DNA of 64,000 nucleotides from Paragordius varius. Lineage: Eukaryota > Animalia > Nematomorpha. Within the stretch, counting starts at the first letter, position 1. Every line of letters begins with the position of its first letter. The stretch covers positions 6,820,001-6,884,000 of the forward strand of contig OZ176054.1 of assembly GCA_964247055.1 (NCBI GenBank), written 5' to 3'. Made by a program: the position numbers and the translations under genes. The notes under the pieces are model-generated. The model was not told the DNA's origin. It was given only the letters and a program-made list of their open reading frames with translations, and did no database searches. Below are positions 14,268 to 28,917 of this stretch, piece by piece.

Positions 14268-15360
14268 AGTTGGTAAGCGAGTTATAGTTTTCCATTCCTT
14301 TCTGTCTACTGCTTGTTCGATTTTAATATTGAGAAAATCTAGGTCTTCTTGTTTTGTTATTAGTTGAATAAGACTGTATAAGCTTTATTCAGTTTGTGCC
14401 TTGAGCTCTGTGGATGAGTCCAACGCAAACAAGGATAGCTGTATTAATTGGTTTAATTTTAGGGTTTGATAGGGACAATATTTGGCTTGGAAATTGTAGA
14501 TGTTAAGGTTATGTGCCAAAAGAATGGCGTTTTTTTCGCTCACCCTTTTGCAGTGATATTAGATTTGATTTAGTCATAGGCCATGTTTTTCCGTACCATA
14601 TAGTATAGCAGGACATATAACGGTCGTAAAAATTTTTGCCTTTTAACTGAGTAAAACCTAGGTAGGTAAATTTGTCTACGAATTCGAATAAAGTGGAGAC
14701 TCGGCGCGAGATACTATGGTTATTGTGTTTATTGTATTGCACGCTATGTTAAAAATTGGATTTGTCCTCTTATTGATTTTATTATATCAATCTTGAGCGA
14801 TTATTGCCGGTATATATATGTTAACATGTTTTTACCATTTTTTATAAAAAAAAGTTATTAATGATGGATAATTATTATTACTTGCGAAATCTAATAATAC
14901 TTTACCATTTTCATTCTAGTACTGATATAACGATATTTTACCAAAATGTGAGTTTTGGTCACCCCCGATAAATATGAAATCATTGTGGAATAGCAGTGAC
15001 TTTTTCGCATAGAGCTAACCAGAATAAAATATTTACATTCTGAATAACAACTGATTTGTGGAGCGTAAACGGATAAAATATGATAGATTTTTTTAGTGAG
15101 TTGAATTTTTAATACTAATAATCTTACTGATGAGTTATCAATCGATATAATATTGGGTACCATGAAGTTTTTGACATAAACTCCACCACCTGATGAACGG
15201 CCATAGGACCAGACCAGAATAATTTATAATCCAGAATGCTTTTGGAACCATTCTTCCAGCGAGTTTCTTGGACGCAATAAATTTCGATGTCTTGAACAGC
15301 AAAGCTGCTATTTCCTGGCTTCTTCTGGTTAAAGATGTTATATTCCATAAAGGTCAAATG
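14268..15360 (-). mobile_element. Decayed RTE-clade non-LTR retrotransposon with a large internal deletion
   Basis: Frameshifted fragments: APE domain IYCVQETRWKNG...YKLFWSG and ILSVYAPQISC; post-RT EFVDKFTYLG and WYGKTWPMTK; C-terminal DLDFLNIKIEQAVDRKEWKTITRLP. Confidence 0.8.
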
Positions 15361-16309
15361 AATTATATGATTAGTATGGTGTGCGGGATTTGAATGAATC
15401 CTTATGTTTTGTTAGAATGTATTGAAATAAAAAGAACAAGCAAATAGCGAGAAATAAAAGTGAATTAATACTGAAATAAATTATGGAGAAACCGTTTATT
15501 ACGTCGTGTATGATGCCCTTACATCTCCGGCAACCAGACTGCAGAAAAGTAAATTAACGTTGTAAAAGAAGATGGCGGATTTCAGCAGTTAAAACGCATG
15601 TAAAAAAATTCTCATTCGGTAAAATTATTTATTAAACAGAAATTTATATTTAACATAAATTTAAAGAGAAAGATATTTAATTAAACTTTTTAGCTGAATA
15701 TCGTCTAAAAATAAATAAAAAGGTAATTATAATTATAAAGTATGTTTACATATCATTTCCGTCATGCTTTTGAGATACAATAATTCGCTTTATGAAAATT
15801 CCTTTAAGCAAAGTATGCATTTTCAAAAATATTTTTATATCATAATCTAGCATAAACACTGCGACAAAATCGGGGAACAAAAATATTTATATATAAATTT
15901 TGATACAATGTTTCCGGATTAACATAATTAAGTTTAGGTATTACGAGTGAAAGTTGTCAATACTTTTGTGGTAATTTCTTCAATCAGAAAATGGCAAAGT
16001 TTGCGCACATTTTTTTGATTTATTGGTGAAAGTGAAATGATATTTCAAAAATATCACTTAAATATATAACAAACTAAATATAATAAATCAATGACGGATT
16101 TGCACCACCCCATTTTGCATTTTCTGTTACCTAATGGCATGGAAAGGCCAAAAGAATTTGAGGCGCCCAATAGGATTTTTTTAAAATTTAATTTTAAATT
16201 TTGTATTTATTTTAAATAACAATTATTCCTCGTGTACATATATTTAAATATTTATACAAGCAAGTCAATACAATTTTATTCCAAAGCCAGGTTTTTCATT
16301 AGAATTTTA

Positions 16310-17020
16310 GAACGAAAATGCAAAAATGATCCAAATAAACCAGCCCCAGTATACGATACCACAGAAGATTTTTTTTATTAACGAAGACTCTGCAGAAAAT
16401 GTTATTGATGATCCATATAATAGAACTTTATAAAAATGTCGTCGATCTTTATATTAAAATATAAACTGCCTAAAATAGCTGCTGATGGTTTGTTATTCTT
16501 CTGCACGAGAAATACGTCTTATCGAGTGGGCTTGTTATTTACAAAAAATAGACAATAAATAAATATTAAATTCAATATGTTACAAAATATATGCAATAAA
16601 TAAAAAAAATTTTAAGAATATAGAATTAAAATATATTGCTAAGAGCCAAGGAGTATTAAAAATCAAAAATATTAATCGAGGGATAATATATGGTGTGTGG
16701 TATGATATCCCGGCGGTTTGCACAATCTCTGCAAAAATCCCCCAAGCAATCCTATAATCATGCCAGATATGGCAAAGGTATACAATAATGAGGTAATTAA
16801 AGCCTGGTAGGAGAGACTGCAATATGTAGTTAACTTAAGGAAAATCTAAAATTGACATGTCAAATTATTCCGAATAGAGTTAGACAGATTTAACCATGTG
16901 ATCGGATAAGAAGATTAGATAAGTTTAAATCTTTTCATAAAATTATGGTACTATATTATCCATAATCCAGGCAATTAAAGTTGCTGCTTATCATCCATCT
17001 GAAATTCAAATTCACCACAG
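16310..17020 (+). mobile_element. Highly decayed Ty3/gypsy-like reverse transcriptase remnant
   Basis: Ordered fragments across frames resemble gypsy RT: QPQYTIPQ, KYKLPKI (YPLPRI-like), PGGLHN (PFGLKN-like), KVYNNEVI (VYLDDII-like), FNHVIG (LGHVI-like), IQAIK. Many stops; recognised by eye only. Confidence 0.35.
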
Positions 17021-18110
17021 CCTATCATTTTAAAAATAAATAATATCTAGGTATAAGTAAGAGAATTTTGTAAGAATCAAGCTAAGAGAAAATCCTAATA
17101 AGTACTAGAAATAACGAAAACTAGCAAAATAAATATAGCTTATCTAAAACGAAGGTTTAAACCATAGAATGCCTCTTTTAGTATATTTTAATATAAATTT
17201 ATACGTGTTTATAATTAATAAAAAAAGACTATATTTTGACGGTTATATCCGTACTATTTTTTCTACCTCATATTTAAATGACATATTTATATTCAAAAGA
17301 TAGAGTTTAAAACGCTTTAATAAATGTTATTAATTTTATAATATAAACTTTTTATGATAAAGTTATATTTAATTTTCTCTCAAGTTTCTTTTATTTTTGA
17401 AAAATTGAAAAACCTATAATATCTCAAAATTCTGATTTTTTTATCAGATTCGGTTTAAGAACACTCAAATTAGCCATAATTTAAAATTTTGAGTGATGGT
17501 GCTCAAAAATGTCCAAATTCGGTATTATATTTTGTAATAACAGTTGTTTATGATAATGATAAACCAAAAGTAATTAATTGAAAGATATATTTATCACAGA
17601 AATTATATATGTGAAACGCTTTCGTCAATAGTAATCGCAGACTAGTTTCGTCCTTGTTAGCACTCATCAGTACAACACAACTATTTTTGGGGTGACATAT
17701 CAATTTCGTATATATATCCAACTTTGCAATCTTGGTATAATGCAATCGGTTATACGAATTTAAATTAAATTTAATTGATTTTTCATGAAAATTAATCTGA
17801 AATTTAAAATATACTAAAATTTAATGTTTAACCCTAGAGAAAATAGCTACTTAGTAATTTCAGAGAAATTAATTTAAGAAGCACAAGCACTTTATTTTGT
17901 TAAGAATAAGATAAAGATGTTATTGTAATGGAAAATGACGTATTATATATCGTTTATAATTCCTGTAGATAAATATAACTTTAATTATCACTATCTTACG
18001 GATTTAACAACTGTTATTATAATAAATCCATATTTCCAAAAAAAATAATTTTTATATATGGCCTACGAAAATCCCAAATTTTCCTCTCCTAAAATGGGCT
18101 CATTCTTTAA

Positions 18111-18657
18111 CACTTTAATTCAAATTTGGGTATCTAAGACTAAATTTAAATGAAAATTTCTGAAAAACTACTGAAGGAAACAGCCCCAATTTAAATTTAT
18201 GCTTTTATCCTAATAAATAATATATAAAAAAGCCAAATATCTAAATAAAGTTTTGAAAAAAAAGTTCCATGTCAATTAAACGCCATTTTTAATCAGCAAA
18301 AATTTTGCAAAATATTGTGTTTATTTGATTCTAACGTTAAAATTAAAGCTACTTTTTTATTTAAATTACATCTAACATTGATAATAGAAAGTTTATTTTG
18401 TATTATTTTTCAATTAAGCTAATGCAGATATGTTACGTTAACTAAATTTTTACCTTTGGGTTTTACATTAAAAAAAGAAATATCAAGTATTTTTGGATAA
18501 AATTTTTTATATATTTCGGTTTATTAATGTTTGATGGCAATATTTGCCATGGTTTCATTTCCTTCCATATTTTTTAAAGTATTAAATTTTAAAAAGGCCT
18601 GGGGTATCCAACTACCCCTGAATCGAAGGACTGAAATGAATGTGTTGTATTTAAGCG
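18111..18657 (-). mobile_element. TTAA-flanked (piggyBac-like) MITE, copy A
   Basis: TTAA|CACTT...AAGCG|TTAA. Reverse complement of copies at 20591 and 52173. Confidence 0.75.
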
Positions 18658-18938
18658 TTAATAAATAATCGCAATACCTATATCGATAAAAATATAATCT
18701 AAATTTAATATCAATTAAAAATATATTAAAAAACGAAATACGCTCCATTTATAGCAAAATTTTATTGAAGCATACTTCAAAATAGTTTGAGATGATGGAA
18801 ACGGTATAGAAACACTTTAAGATATTTTAATATTCTATGACCTTTCCGGGTAGTTTTGTATCCCAGATCGATTTAAAATTCAAATATCTTGAAACGTATT
18901 TAAGCTATTAATCCGAACTTAAAATAGGCTTTCTTTAG

Positions 18939-19446
18939 CACTTGAATACAACACATTCATTTCAGTCCTTCGATTCATAAATTCTAAAAATACGGAGGGA
19001 ATCAAAATTACGGCAAAATTTTGCACATATATAACATTTATAAACCGAAATATATATTAAATTTTATTCCTTGATATTACTTATATTAAGCTAAAAAGGT
19101 AAAAATTTAGTCAATGTGACATGTGTGCAATGGTAAAATCAAAAAATAATGCAGAACCACTTTTTCTATTTCTATAAATGTTAGATGTAATTAAAATAAA
19201 AAATTAGCTTTAATTTTACCTTTGAAATAACATAAAGACGATGCAGAGATTTTATAAAATTAAAATGGCGTCGAAGTAGTTTGACATGGATTTTTTTTAA
19301 ACGAAATATTTAGATATTTTGGCTTATTTATATAATTTTTATTAGGATAGAAGCATAAATTAAAAGACCGTTTCTTTCAGTAGTTTTTTATAAATCCTAA
19401 CTTAAATTTAGTCTGAAGTATTTAGATACCAATTTGAATTGAAGTG
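18939..19446 (+). mobile_element. TTAA-family MITE, copy B, with TTAG target duplication
   Basis: TTAG|CACTTGAATACAACAC...TTGAAGTG|TTAG. Small internal deletion near the 5' end. Confidence 0.75.
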
Positions 19447-19665
19447 TTAGGCTAGGCGCATTCTACAAAAGATTTTCATAATATGTAAAATTGTAAAATG
19501 ATCCTTATCTTAAACTTTTTTTGCCATTTTTTTCTTTGGATTAATCTATTATGGACAAGCAAATAAATGTATATTATCTTTTGTTTTAGTTAATCCATTG
19601 ATAAAGACACTCCCATGTATCGAAAATTTTGGATATTTAATTTAATAAATTTTACGAAAATTTAA

Positions 19666-20452
19666 CACTTGGATACAACACACTCATTTTAGTCCTTCGA
19701 TTCAAATTGGGGTAGTTAAATACCCCAGGCCTGTTTAAAATCTAATATTTTAAAAAGTATGGAAGGAATCAAAACCATGGCAAAATTTTGCACTTATGTA
19801 ACATTAATAAACCGAAATATATAATAAATATGATTTAAAAATACTTGATATTACTCCTGATAAATATTATATAAATATGCCAAAATATCTTGATCAAATT
19901 TTGTTTTGAAAAAAAAGTTCCACCTCAAACTACTTCGACGCCATTTTTATTTTACAAAAACTTTGCAAAATATCATCTTCATTTAATTTTAAGGGTAAAA
20001 CTAAAGCTTATTATTTATATAAATTACATCTAACATTGATAGAAATAGAAAAAGCGGTTTGTTTTGTATTATTCTTTAATATTACAATTTGACACATGTC
20101 ACGTTGACTAAATTTTTACCTTTCGGTTTTAGCTCAAAATAAGTAATATCAAGTATTTTTGAATAAAATTTTTTATATATTTCGGTTTATTAATGTTATA
20201 TAAGTGCAAATTTTGCCATGGTTTCGATTGCTTCCATACTTTTTAAACTATTTGATTTTAAACAGGCCTGGGGTATCCAACTACCTCAATTTGAATCGAA
20301 GGACTATAATGAGTGTGTTGTATCCAAGTGTTATATAATTTTTATTAGCATAGAAGCATAAATTTAAATTGGGACCGTTCCCTTCAGTAGTTTTTTAAAA
20401 ATTATTTAAAACTTGTCTGCGGTATTTACATACCCCAATTTGAATCGAAGTG
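19666..20452. mobile_element. TTAA-family MITE, rearranged composite copy C
   Basis: TTAA|CACTTGGATAC forward to ~19855, an inverted 5' ~475 bp (19856-20330), then the forward 3' end to GAAGTG|TTAA. Confidence 0.7.
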
Positions 20453-20590
20453 TTAAATTATTATTTTAACATAAAATATTCGTTCTCGTTGACAGTATTA
20501 ACAAATAAATGTATATTATATTTAGACAATGTAAATAATTAACTAAATGCTCTCCGACATTTTATCAAACTTGATATAAGATTACTTTAA

Positions 20591-21157
20591 CAGTTGGATA
20601 CAAGACATTCATTTTTGTCCTTCAAAAATTAGGGTAGTTAAATACCCCTGGCCTGTTTAAAATTAAATTCTTTAAAAAATATGGAAAGATCAAAACCATG
20701 GCAAAATTTTGCACTTATATAACATTAATAAACCGAAATGTATAGAAAATTTCATTAAAAAATACTTGTTATCACTTATTTTAAGCTAAAACCGAGAGGT
20801 AAAAATTTAGTCAACGTGACATGTGTGCAATAGTAAAATTAAAAATAATACAAAATAAACCGCTTTTTCTATTTCTATCAATGTTAGATGCAATTTAAAT
20901 AAAAAAATAGCTTTAATTTTACACTTAAAATTAGATGAAGACGATATGCAAAAATTTTGTAAAATAAAAATGGCGTTGAAGTAATTTGAGATGAAACTTT
21001 TTTTTTCAAAACAAAATTTTATCAAGATATTTTGTTTAAAAATTTTTTATTAGGATAGAAGCATTTTAAATTGGGACCGTTTTCTTCAGTAGTTTTTTAA
21101 AAATACTAATTCAAATTTAGTCTGGGGTATTTAGATACCCCAAATTAAATCGAAGTG
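20591..21157 (+). mobile_element. TTAA-family MITE, copy D
   Basis: TTAA|CAGTTGGATACAAG...AATCGAAGTG|TTAA, 567 bp. Confidence 0.75.
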
Positions 21158-24100
21158 TTAATATTGTTCGTTTTAATCTTGCGGTTTTCCCCATATAAAA
21201 ATCTAAAATTCATAAAAGTGTAAAAAAATATGAGCTTTTGATATAATACATACAAAGTTTGACAATTAAAATTTAATCAAAACATTATGAAAAAATATTT
21301 AAGGAGACTGAGCTCTTTAATATAAAAATACCCAATATGTAATCGCGGACAAAATTGCAAAAAGGTAATGAATTGTTAAATATTTTTATATAATAATTTA
21401 ATGTTAAACATTTCTATCACCTCCATATTTTGCCCTCGTCTTCAAATATATTTCAATATAAATTGTATTACAAAAATTCAGCATAACTAAACAAACCTTT
21501 AAAATTTTAAAGCGGAACCGTTCAGTATTCAAATATAGATAAGTGTTTATACTAAAAGCCTTTTGATACCGTTTCCACGATGCCTCAAAACGGTATACGC
21601 TTTTAATTTTGCTAAAAATAAATTGGTGTAAAAAGTGTGCATTTTTCCAAAATATTTTTTTTGATGTCAAAATTTAGTATATATTTTTTATTCAAAATCC
21701 CGGCATTTTTACATTTATTTAAAGAAAAGGCCCTTTTTGAAGAGCAAAAACATTTGGAACTTTTGAAGTGTTTTTTGTGGGTATGATAAACTAAGTGATA
21801 TTTCTGAAATAAAGCATTTATCATTCACTAAAAAATTTGCGGTAACTATAACATTTTCTGATATAGAGCACTTACCACAAGAGTATAAATTACTTTTTAT
21901 ATCACTCTGTAGGTCCAAAAAAGCATGATGATCCTGAAACATTTTCCTATCATAATATAAATATTTCAGGTTTTTTACACAAACTTTTCAGATGCAGTTT
22001 ATATATCAAGATTATTTTTTACTCCCCGATTTTGTTCACTGCATATGTAATGAATGTTTTACATGGTCATTTAATCTTTTGTCAAAAAATTTTAGTAAAA
22101 TGTGCGCATGCGTTTTGTGATATTTTAGGTTTAAGAAATTAAATCACTGGTAGGCCCCAAATAATAATCACTGTTTCAATCCTCATATATTAATAACCGA
22201 TTATCTATGTTTTATCAGAGTTTATAAAGGTCCCTTTGCACGGTAAATAAAAGCTTTAATCAAGGGTTTATAATATTTTTATTTAAATAAAATTAAATTT
22301 TTTGCAACAACAGATATTCTAAGACAATTTTAATTAGATTTTAGCTATCTTTTGACTAGTTTCTAAAACTCTTATGTATAAACGAAACGACTCACATTAT
22401 AAAAATATATGGATTAACTTTTCTACACTCATAGGTGCCTATGATGATTTAATTTTTTTATAATGATATTGATATTTGTCCATATACGCTGCAGAAACCC
22501 AAACTATTCAGGATATATTTTTTCCAAATAATTAGATGAAAATAAATAATAATTTGCTAATATTCTATACTCACATTTGTTTGAATATCATATTTTCTTA
22601 AATCGCATACCTGTTAAAAATCAAATAATTTAATAAAAACGGTCGTTTATATTTTGCATGCATTTATCAGCTGGTAAGTTTTGCTTAGCCACAACGATAA
22701 TTTTTTAATAACTTAACTAATTATCGCTAAAACACGTTTTTAAACCAAATTTTAGTAACAAATTTCATTGAATCTTGATTCAACCATAATTTTTACATAT
22801 ATTACCATACGGCATTTTATACCAGAATTCTCGATTCTAACGCATTTTCAGGTAAAAATTACATAATTTATATTTTTTGTTCAAAATTGTTTGGTATTTT
22901 TTATATCGTGTGCATAATTTTCCCACAACTGTTGTTAAAATTTATCACGTATTAAATTATTTTCAATTATTTTAAATTTTATGAAATGGCAAATTTTTTA
23001 TGGTGTAAAATTTTTTTACAATTTTATTTTATGTAAGATAATTACAACGTTAGATTGATGTAAATTACAATACATTTTCATGTAAAAAAATTCGTTTTTA
23101 CACTATTGACTAAGATATTTACGGTTTTTTGTAGAGATAATTTATATATAATTTTAAATGACTCCAACAACACTGTAATTCTTAATATAAATATGAATGT
23201 AGCTTTTAAAATTCCAATATTTTTATCATTTAAAATCTTAGAATTCTCTTTAACTTTAATTAACATGTAATTAGTATTATTTATATGGTGTCATATTTGC
23301 GGTAATATACATAAGATTTTTGAAAAATTTTATATATATATATATATGTATGTAAAAAAAGTTGTTGAATGTCTTTCTCCCTAGCCTCAAAATGCTATGT
23401 AGTCTAATTTTTTGTCATTTATGTTATAATAAAAAATGAATTTGAATATATGGAACAAACTTGACATCAATGTTTCCTGTCACTTTTTGTATCCATACAA
23501 AATAAGAATATTTTTTCTTTAAAAGAAATTGTACAAAATTTAAATCCGAGTGTTTAATCATAAAAAATAATTCTACAGTGTATTGACATTACTTATTTAC
23601 GGTTAAAAATTTTTGACTTAAATTTTTGTTAAATTAATTTTTAAAATAGTATATATTTGTTATGCAGAGGGAACAAGTAAGTTTTAAGCACAGGTGAATT
23701 GTATGTTTAATTTAGTTTTGTGCATTTTAAAACACTTTTTTGTTAGTAAAATAACGACCAACAAATTTTAGCAAGTCAATTTCCGTTTCCCATAATTCAT
23801 TTTTTATCGTGTGTGGCTTATAATCCTGAAAAATATTTTTTTTATATTCTATTTAATTTTAACCGTATTGATTCCACAATTTTTATGCATGATTTATAAC
23901 CCATATAATATTTGTCAGTTTAAATCGAGAATTTTCACGCATTTTTTCATTTCATCTTATTTCGATTCTTTACATCATAAATTTGAATGACCTGTTTTAA
24001 CGTGCTAATTATAAAAATGATAATTATACATACTAGTTATGGTGCTATCTTTACGCTAGAAGCTATTACACACAAATAAACACATCCTTTTTTGCTTTTG

Positions 24101-27100
24101 ATTTATGTATAATTTTCTTTATCCCGACATTTTGGTCAATATAAACACTTTTATAATTAGCAACGGTCTTTAAAAATGTGAATTATCTATTCTGGCTATT
24201 CATATTTAATAATTTATTTCCTGTTTTTTATATTATACCCTAGCAAGAATAGATTTAAGTTTTTGGTTTTTAACTAATTAAAATATGGTTGATGTCCTTT
24301 TTTCTTATAATACCCCTACATAACATTTAAAGCATGCCATTTTTACACCAATGCAGTTTTTTTTTACAATGGTTATGTAAACTGTTTGATAATATGGACA
24401 CTTACAATTTTATAATGTTTATTTAATTTGATCGAAAAGGGGACCTACGGGGGGCCCCTTTGTCATTTTGAGAGATATTTTTATTTACATGGTGCTTACA
24501 AATTTAGCATATATAATGACAAATATTTATTTTATGTTTGTTTGTAATAACATTGCAACATATTCTATGCTAATAAATAAATATTCTAGGAATAAAATTT
24601 TTATAGCTAATATTTTGATTATAAATATATTGTATCAATCATATTTTTCCCCTAGGAGTTATTTATAACCATCCCTAATTTACATATGTGTTGAAATTAT
24701 TTAAATTTACTATATACACGTTATTATTTATACAATATATCACCACTTTCGTATGGTCATACAAGTTCAAGGGTGGCTAGTTAGAAAAGTTATAACCATC
24801 TAAATTGCATCGTTAATACTAAATTTATATTTAAGAAATTTACATAAATATTGAATACATTTTTTAAATAATGAGATGGTAAATTTTGTTGATTTATGTA
24901 TGTAATTTGTTTTATTTGGCTAGTAACGTGGATAATAAGTTTTTGAAATCTATAAATTTCTGAAGATTCAATTTATTTTATAATATTTGAGCACATAACT
25001 TTTATTTTTTGATTTATATACGGGTAGCGATCTAAACTGCCAAATTACGACAAAAGAATACTATTTTTAAAATATCTGAATTTTTAAAAAACCATTTTTC
25101 AACCAATTCCCCTCCTATGTTTTGTTTTATCAATTTTTTGTGGTTAAATTTTTATTGAGGAATGTAGAAATATTTGCATGCATACATATTAACATAAATT
25201 AAACCATTATGCAATGCTATAAAAAATATATATACAATATAAAAATAAAAAGGGAGGGAGGCAGTAAAATTCTTTCTTTCATCATCATTATTATTCCATG
25301 ATCATATGTGGTTTTTTCTAATACTAAACAAAAATATATAGATAGATAAAAACTTTATTATATAATATATTTAGGTAAAAATAGGATGTTTTAATCACAC
25401 ACAGTATAATGCTGTGGAAATATAGGTAAAATTTTTAATATTAATTTTAATGTTATTTATGTATATACTAAAACTTTCACTTGTTTCACGATGAATGCAA
25501 ATCCACAATAATTAGATCCACTTATTTTTTGCAACAACTGATTAAATAAGGATTTAATAATTATTCTTTGATAAATTATCCATTTTATAGTTAGGGATGC
25601 GATTATTGCTCAACTACGGTTATTATTGCAAAATACAGATTATTTATTGAAGAATCAATAATGAATAAGGGTTTGATTTACATATTTTGAATGTCTTTTA
25701 AACATAATTTGAACATTGTCTGGTGTTACAAAAGTTTCCGTGAAATGAATCGTCTGCTTGTTTCGTATAATTATTGTCTGCTTGTTTGATCATGTCGTCT
25801 TGGCCATTTTTACTTATCTGACCTAACCAATACATGACAAGATTTATTTAGATTAAGCAATCATTTATGGCGAGTAAATTTTGTTTTGTTATAATTTAGT
25901 AAAGGAATTGTAAAACACACCTTAACCACGTTGCGATTTTGTACCAATATGCATTTTAATAATTGATCAACTAATATCAGGGTAACATAAAGTTATGTAA
26001 AATTAGATACCAATATTATGCATGTTGAATCATATCAAAAAATTATGTTGACAATCCTATCTTACTGTCTTGTCTTTTTTTGCTTACTCGTAGTATAAGT
26101 ATATTTTTTAAAATATGTAAGGTGTTTTATTTCACGTATTAAACGTATATATGTATACCTGAAAAATGAAATTTGAGATAATTGACAATAATTTTATTAT
26201 TACGTATAGAGTAAAGTAACGGTATACGCGGTTTATTTTACACAAAAAAGAGTGGTATTTTTTACACCGTAGAATAATGCCTAACAATATGACAGTTATT
26301 ATAATTTTTAAAACGTTTAAATTAGAATTATTTATTATACCTTGTTATAATTTTCTAATATATATTTGGTGAGTTGTTTTGATCTCTATTTACCAATGTT
26401 ACTTTTGTTCACACACTATACTATAGCAAGCATTTGCTAGCATTTAACAGCTAACATCATTTTTAAATGAATGGGTTCGAAATCTAACATAGAGGGTTTT
26501 TGCGTTAATTTATAGCTTATTCATATTATTGACAATGACAAAAGGTATTATTTTAAATATAATGGGCATTGTTATTAATAAAGGTAAATCGCTCTTTATT
26601 TCCCATTTTAGCTTATTTAAAATAAGTCCCAATTTTTTCATTCTGTATAAAAAGCCACGCTTTAGTCATCTCTATATAATAGTAGTTGTGCATGTATTTT
26701 TCTATCCTTAGTTTTGTCTGTAGAGCGCGCACATTTTCGTTAAATCGATAATTTTTTTACTATTTGACACTTTTATTAATATTAAAATATATATAGATAG
26801 ATAAATATAGATTATATAAATGCTTAATGTTATATATATACATATAATATTTCTGAAAAAGTTTAAGCTAAAATCGAAAAGTTTACTTTGGTAAATATAC
26901 ATTACCATTTTTTCCGCTAACTTATAATATATGCCAAAAATTTAAAACTGTGCAACTGAGGAATAATTAACAAAACAAAAGTAATTAATGAATATATATC
27001 TTCTAAGAGAAATTTAGCGATAAAAAACTGAGATTTTATCTTAACAAAATCTGAATTATATTATATACTTAGTTATTCTCGTAAATAATATTTGTTAAAC

Positions 27101-28341
27101 TTTTCCCTAAAATGCCGCCGGTATTTTAAGTATTGTAATATTATTGTAGATAATGCATAGATATGGTTATTTTTAAATTTATCCATCTTATAAGTTAATC
27201 TCTCTTATACATTTTTATTAATAATTTGGCTAAAATTTTAGGCCCAAAAATCTTCCGTGATATATATTTTCCATGTTTTTAATCATAAAAATTGCTAAAC
27301 AGGTTTCAAATACGCTTTAATTGTTAAAATTTTTAAGTTATAACAATCGTATTTTGATTATATTCACATCGCATGATTTAAAATTTTCTCTATTTGAAGA
27401 AATATTTATCATATTTAAAAATATAAGAGCAATTTATACAAATTAAATGTTAATCTAAACATATTTTTGTTTTTTTTAAATATGTATTAAAATAATTTGG
27501 TTTAAAGCACAGTGTCACGCGGCTCGCGAAAATTGATAGTTTTTAATTATAAATTTGCTGAATAAGTTTTTTCAAATTTTCGCTAATGAACTGGTAAAAA
27601 TGATGTTCAAATACTAAAAAATATTTATTTATGCCCATAGTTTTTGAATGCTCGGTTTTTTAAAGTCGAATGCGGTCTATAGAGATTTGTGTGGCCCCTG
27701 GTTTGAAGAAAATAATTGTAAATTTATTATTGTATTTGATAATTGCACTTAAATGACTTATAAGTCCTGAAACCAAAAGCACGATGGGATGCAACTGTTA
27801 TAAAGTTATATCATAACATTAAATATATTTTATATAGGTTAAGCCTTGTCACATTCATTTTTATTTTTGTATCTAATGTAATACTATTACAAAATAGCAT
27901 CTTTTAATCATTTATGATTTAAATATTAATCACCATAGCTAATTATCCTGTTGTATACACAATAAAATGAGTCACAATATGTTTTAATTTACGATTAAAT
28001 CCAATATTAAAAATATTGAATGTTTAATACCAGTAATAGGATGCATATACAATATATCTGCATAGCTAAACATATATTTAACTCTTTCTCTTTATATTAT
28101 ATATTTTTTTATTAATAAAAGGTAGGTAGGTAATTAAAATTTAGAGATTAACCAATCAGCTTAAGCTTATTTAATAAAAAAAGGTAAAAAAAGCGCGCAT
28201 GTATTGAAGATATGTGGTATCTATCATGTTTGAAAACTATTTTTTCATATATTTTTTACAATTACTTAATACTGCACAGCAAGATAGTTAACTAACTAAC
28301 TTTTAATAATATCCCTTTTCTCACGTGCACACTAACTGTAA

Positions 28342-28917
28342 TCTTTATATTTATAAAAATGGAAAGTGGTGGCTTTGTGATCTGTTTCCGGAAAACCGGT
28401 AGACCCATTCAAATCCAAACATCGAAAAAATATATTCATTAATGAATGCCCCGACAATAGCTTCGCCTTTTTTTGAATTCCCCCATTTCGGGCCCACTTC
28501 GTGTCAAAAACGGGTTTTTTGAAAACAAAAGTCCACAAAAATCGTGTTTTTGAGACAATTTTCCGGGTGTTGGACCATTCTTCAAATATGATTTTTGTTT
28601 ACTTATTTTCGATTGCGCCGAACATAGTCGGCTCGCTTTTTTAATTTAGGCCCTCTTTTTACCCGCTCCCCCCGTAAAATGCCATTTTTTTAAAAAAACA
28701 AAGTCCACAAAAATAATTTTTTGAATTTATTTTTCCCCCAAGTAAACAATATATTAGTATGAATGCACCGTTAAATTCCTATGAGATCATAGCTATTAAA
28801 TAATGTTTCGAAATAATCCACATAGATCATTTTATTGTCCCTTTTTTCAAATAGCCCCCCCCCCCAGAAGTCCGAAGGACTTTCTCGGGCTGCGTAGCAG
28901 CACGAGATTTACGTTAG
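28342..28917 (+). mobile_element. Non-autonomous Helitron, internally deleted copy 2
   Basis: A|TC start, same 5' ~400 bp as copy 1, same poly-C and GCTGCGTAGCAGC hairpin, ends TTAG|T. Confidence 0.8.

Noticed and set aside
16580-16822. Hydrophobic 80-aa minus-strand ORF as a membrane protein
   Set aside because: No splice context or family motif; better explained as the antisense of a decayed RT remnant.
28332-28538. ORFs at 28332-28538, 43960-44160 and 44782-45027
   Set aside because: They lie within non-autonomous Helitron copies, with no Rep/helicase motifs.
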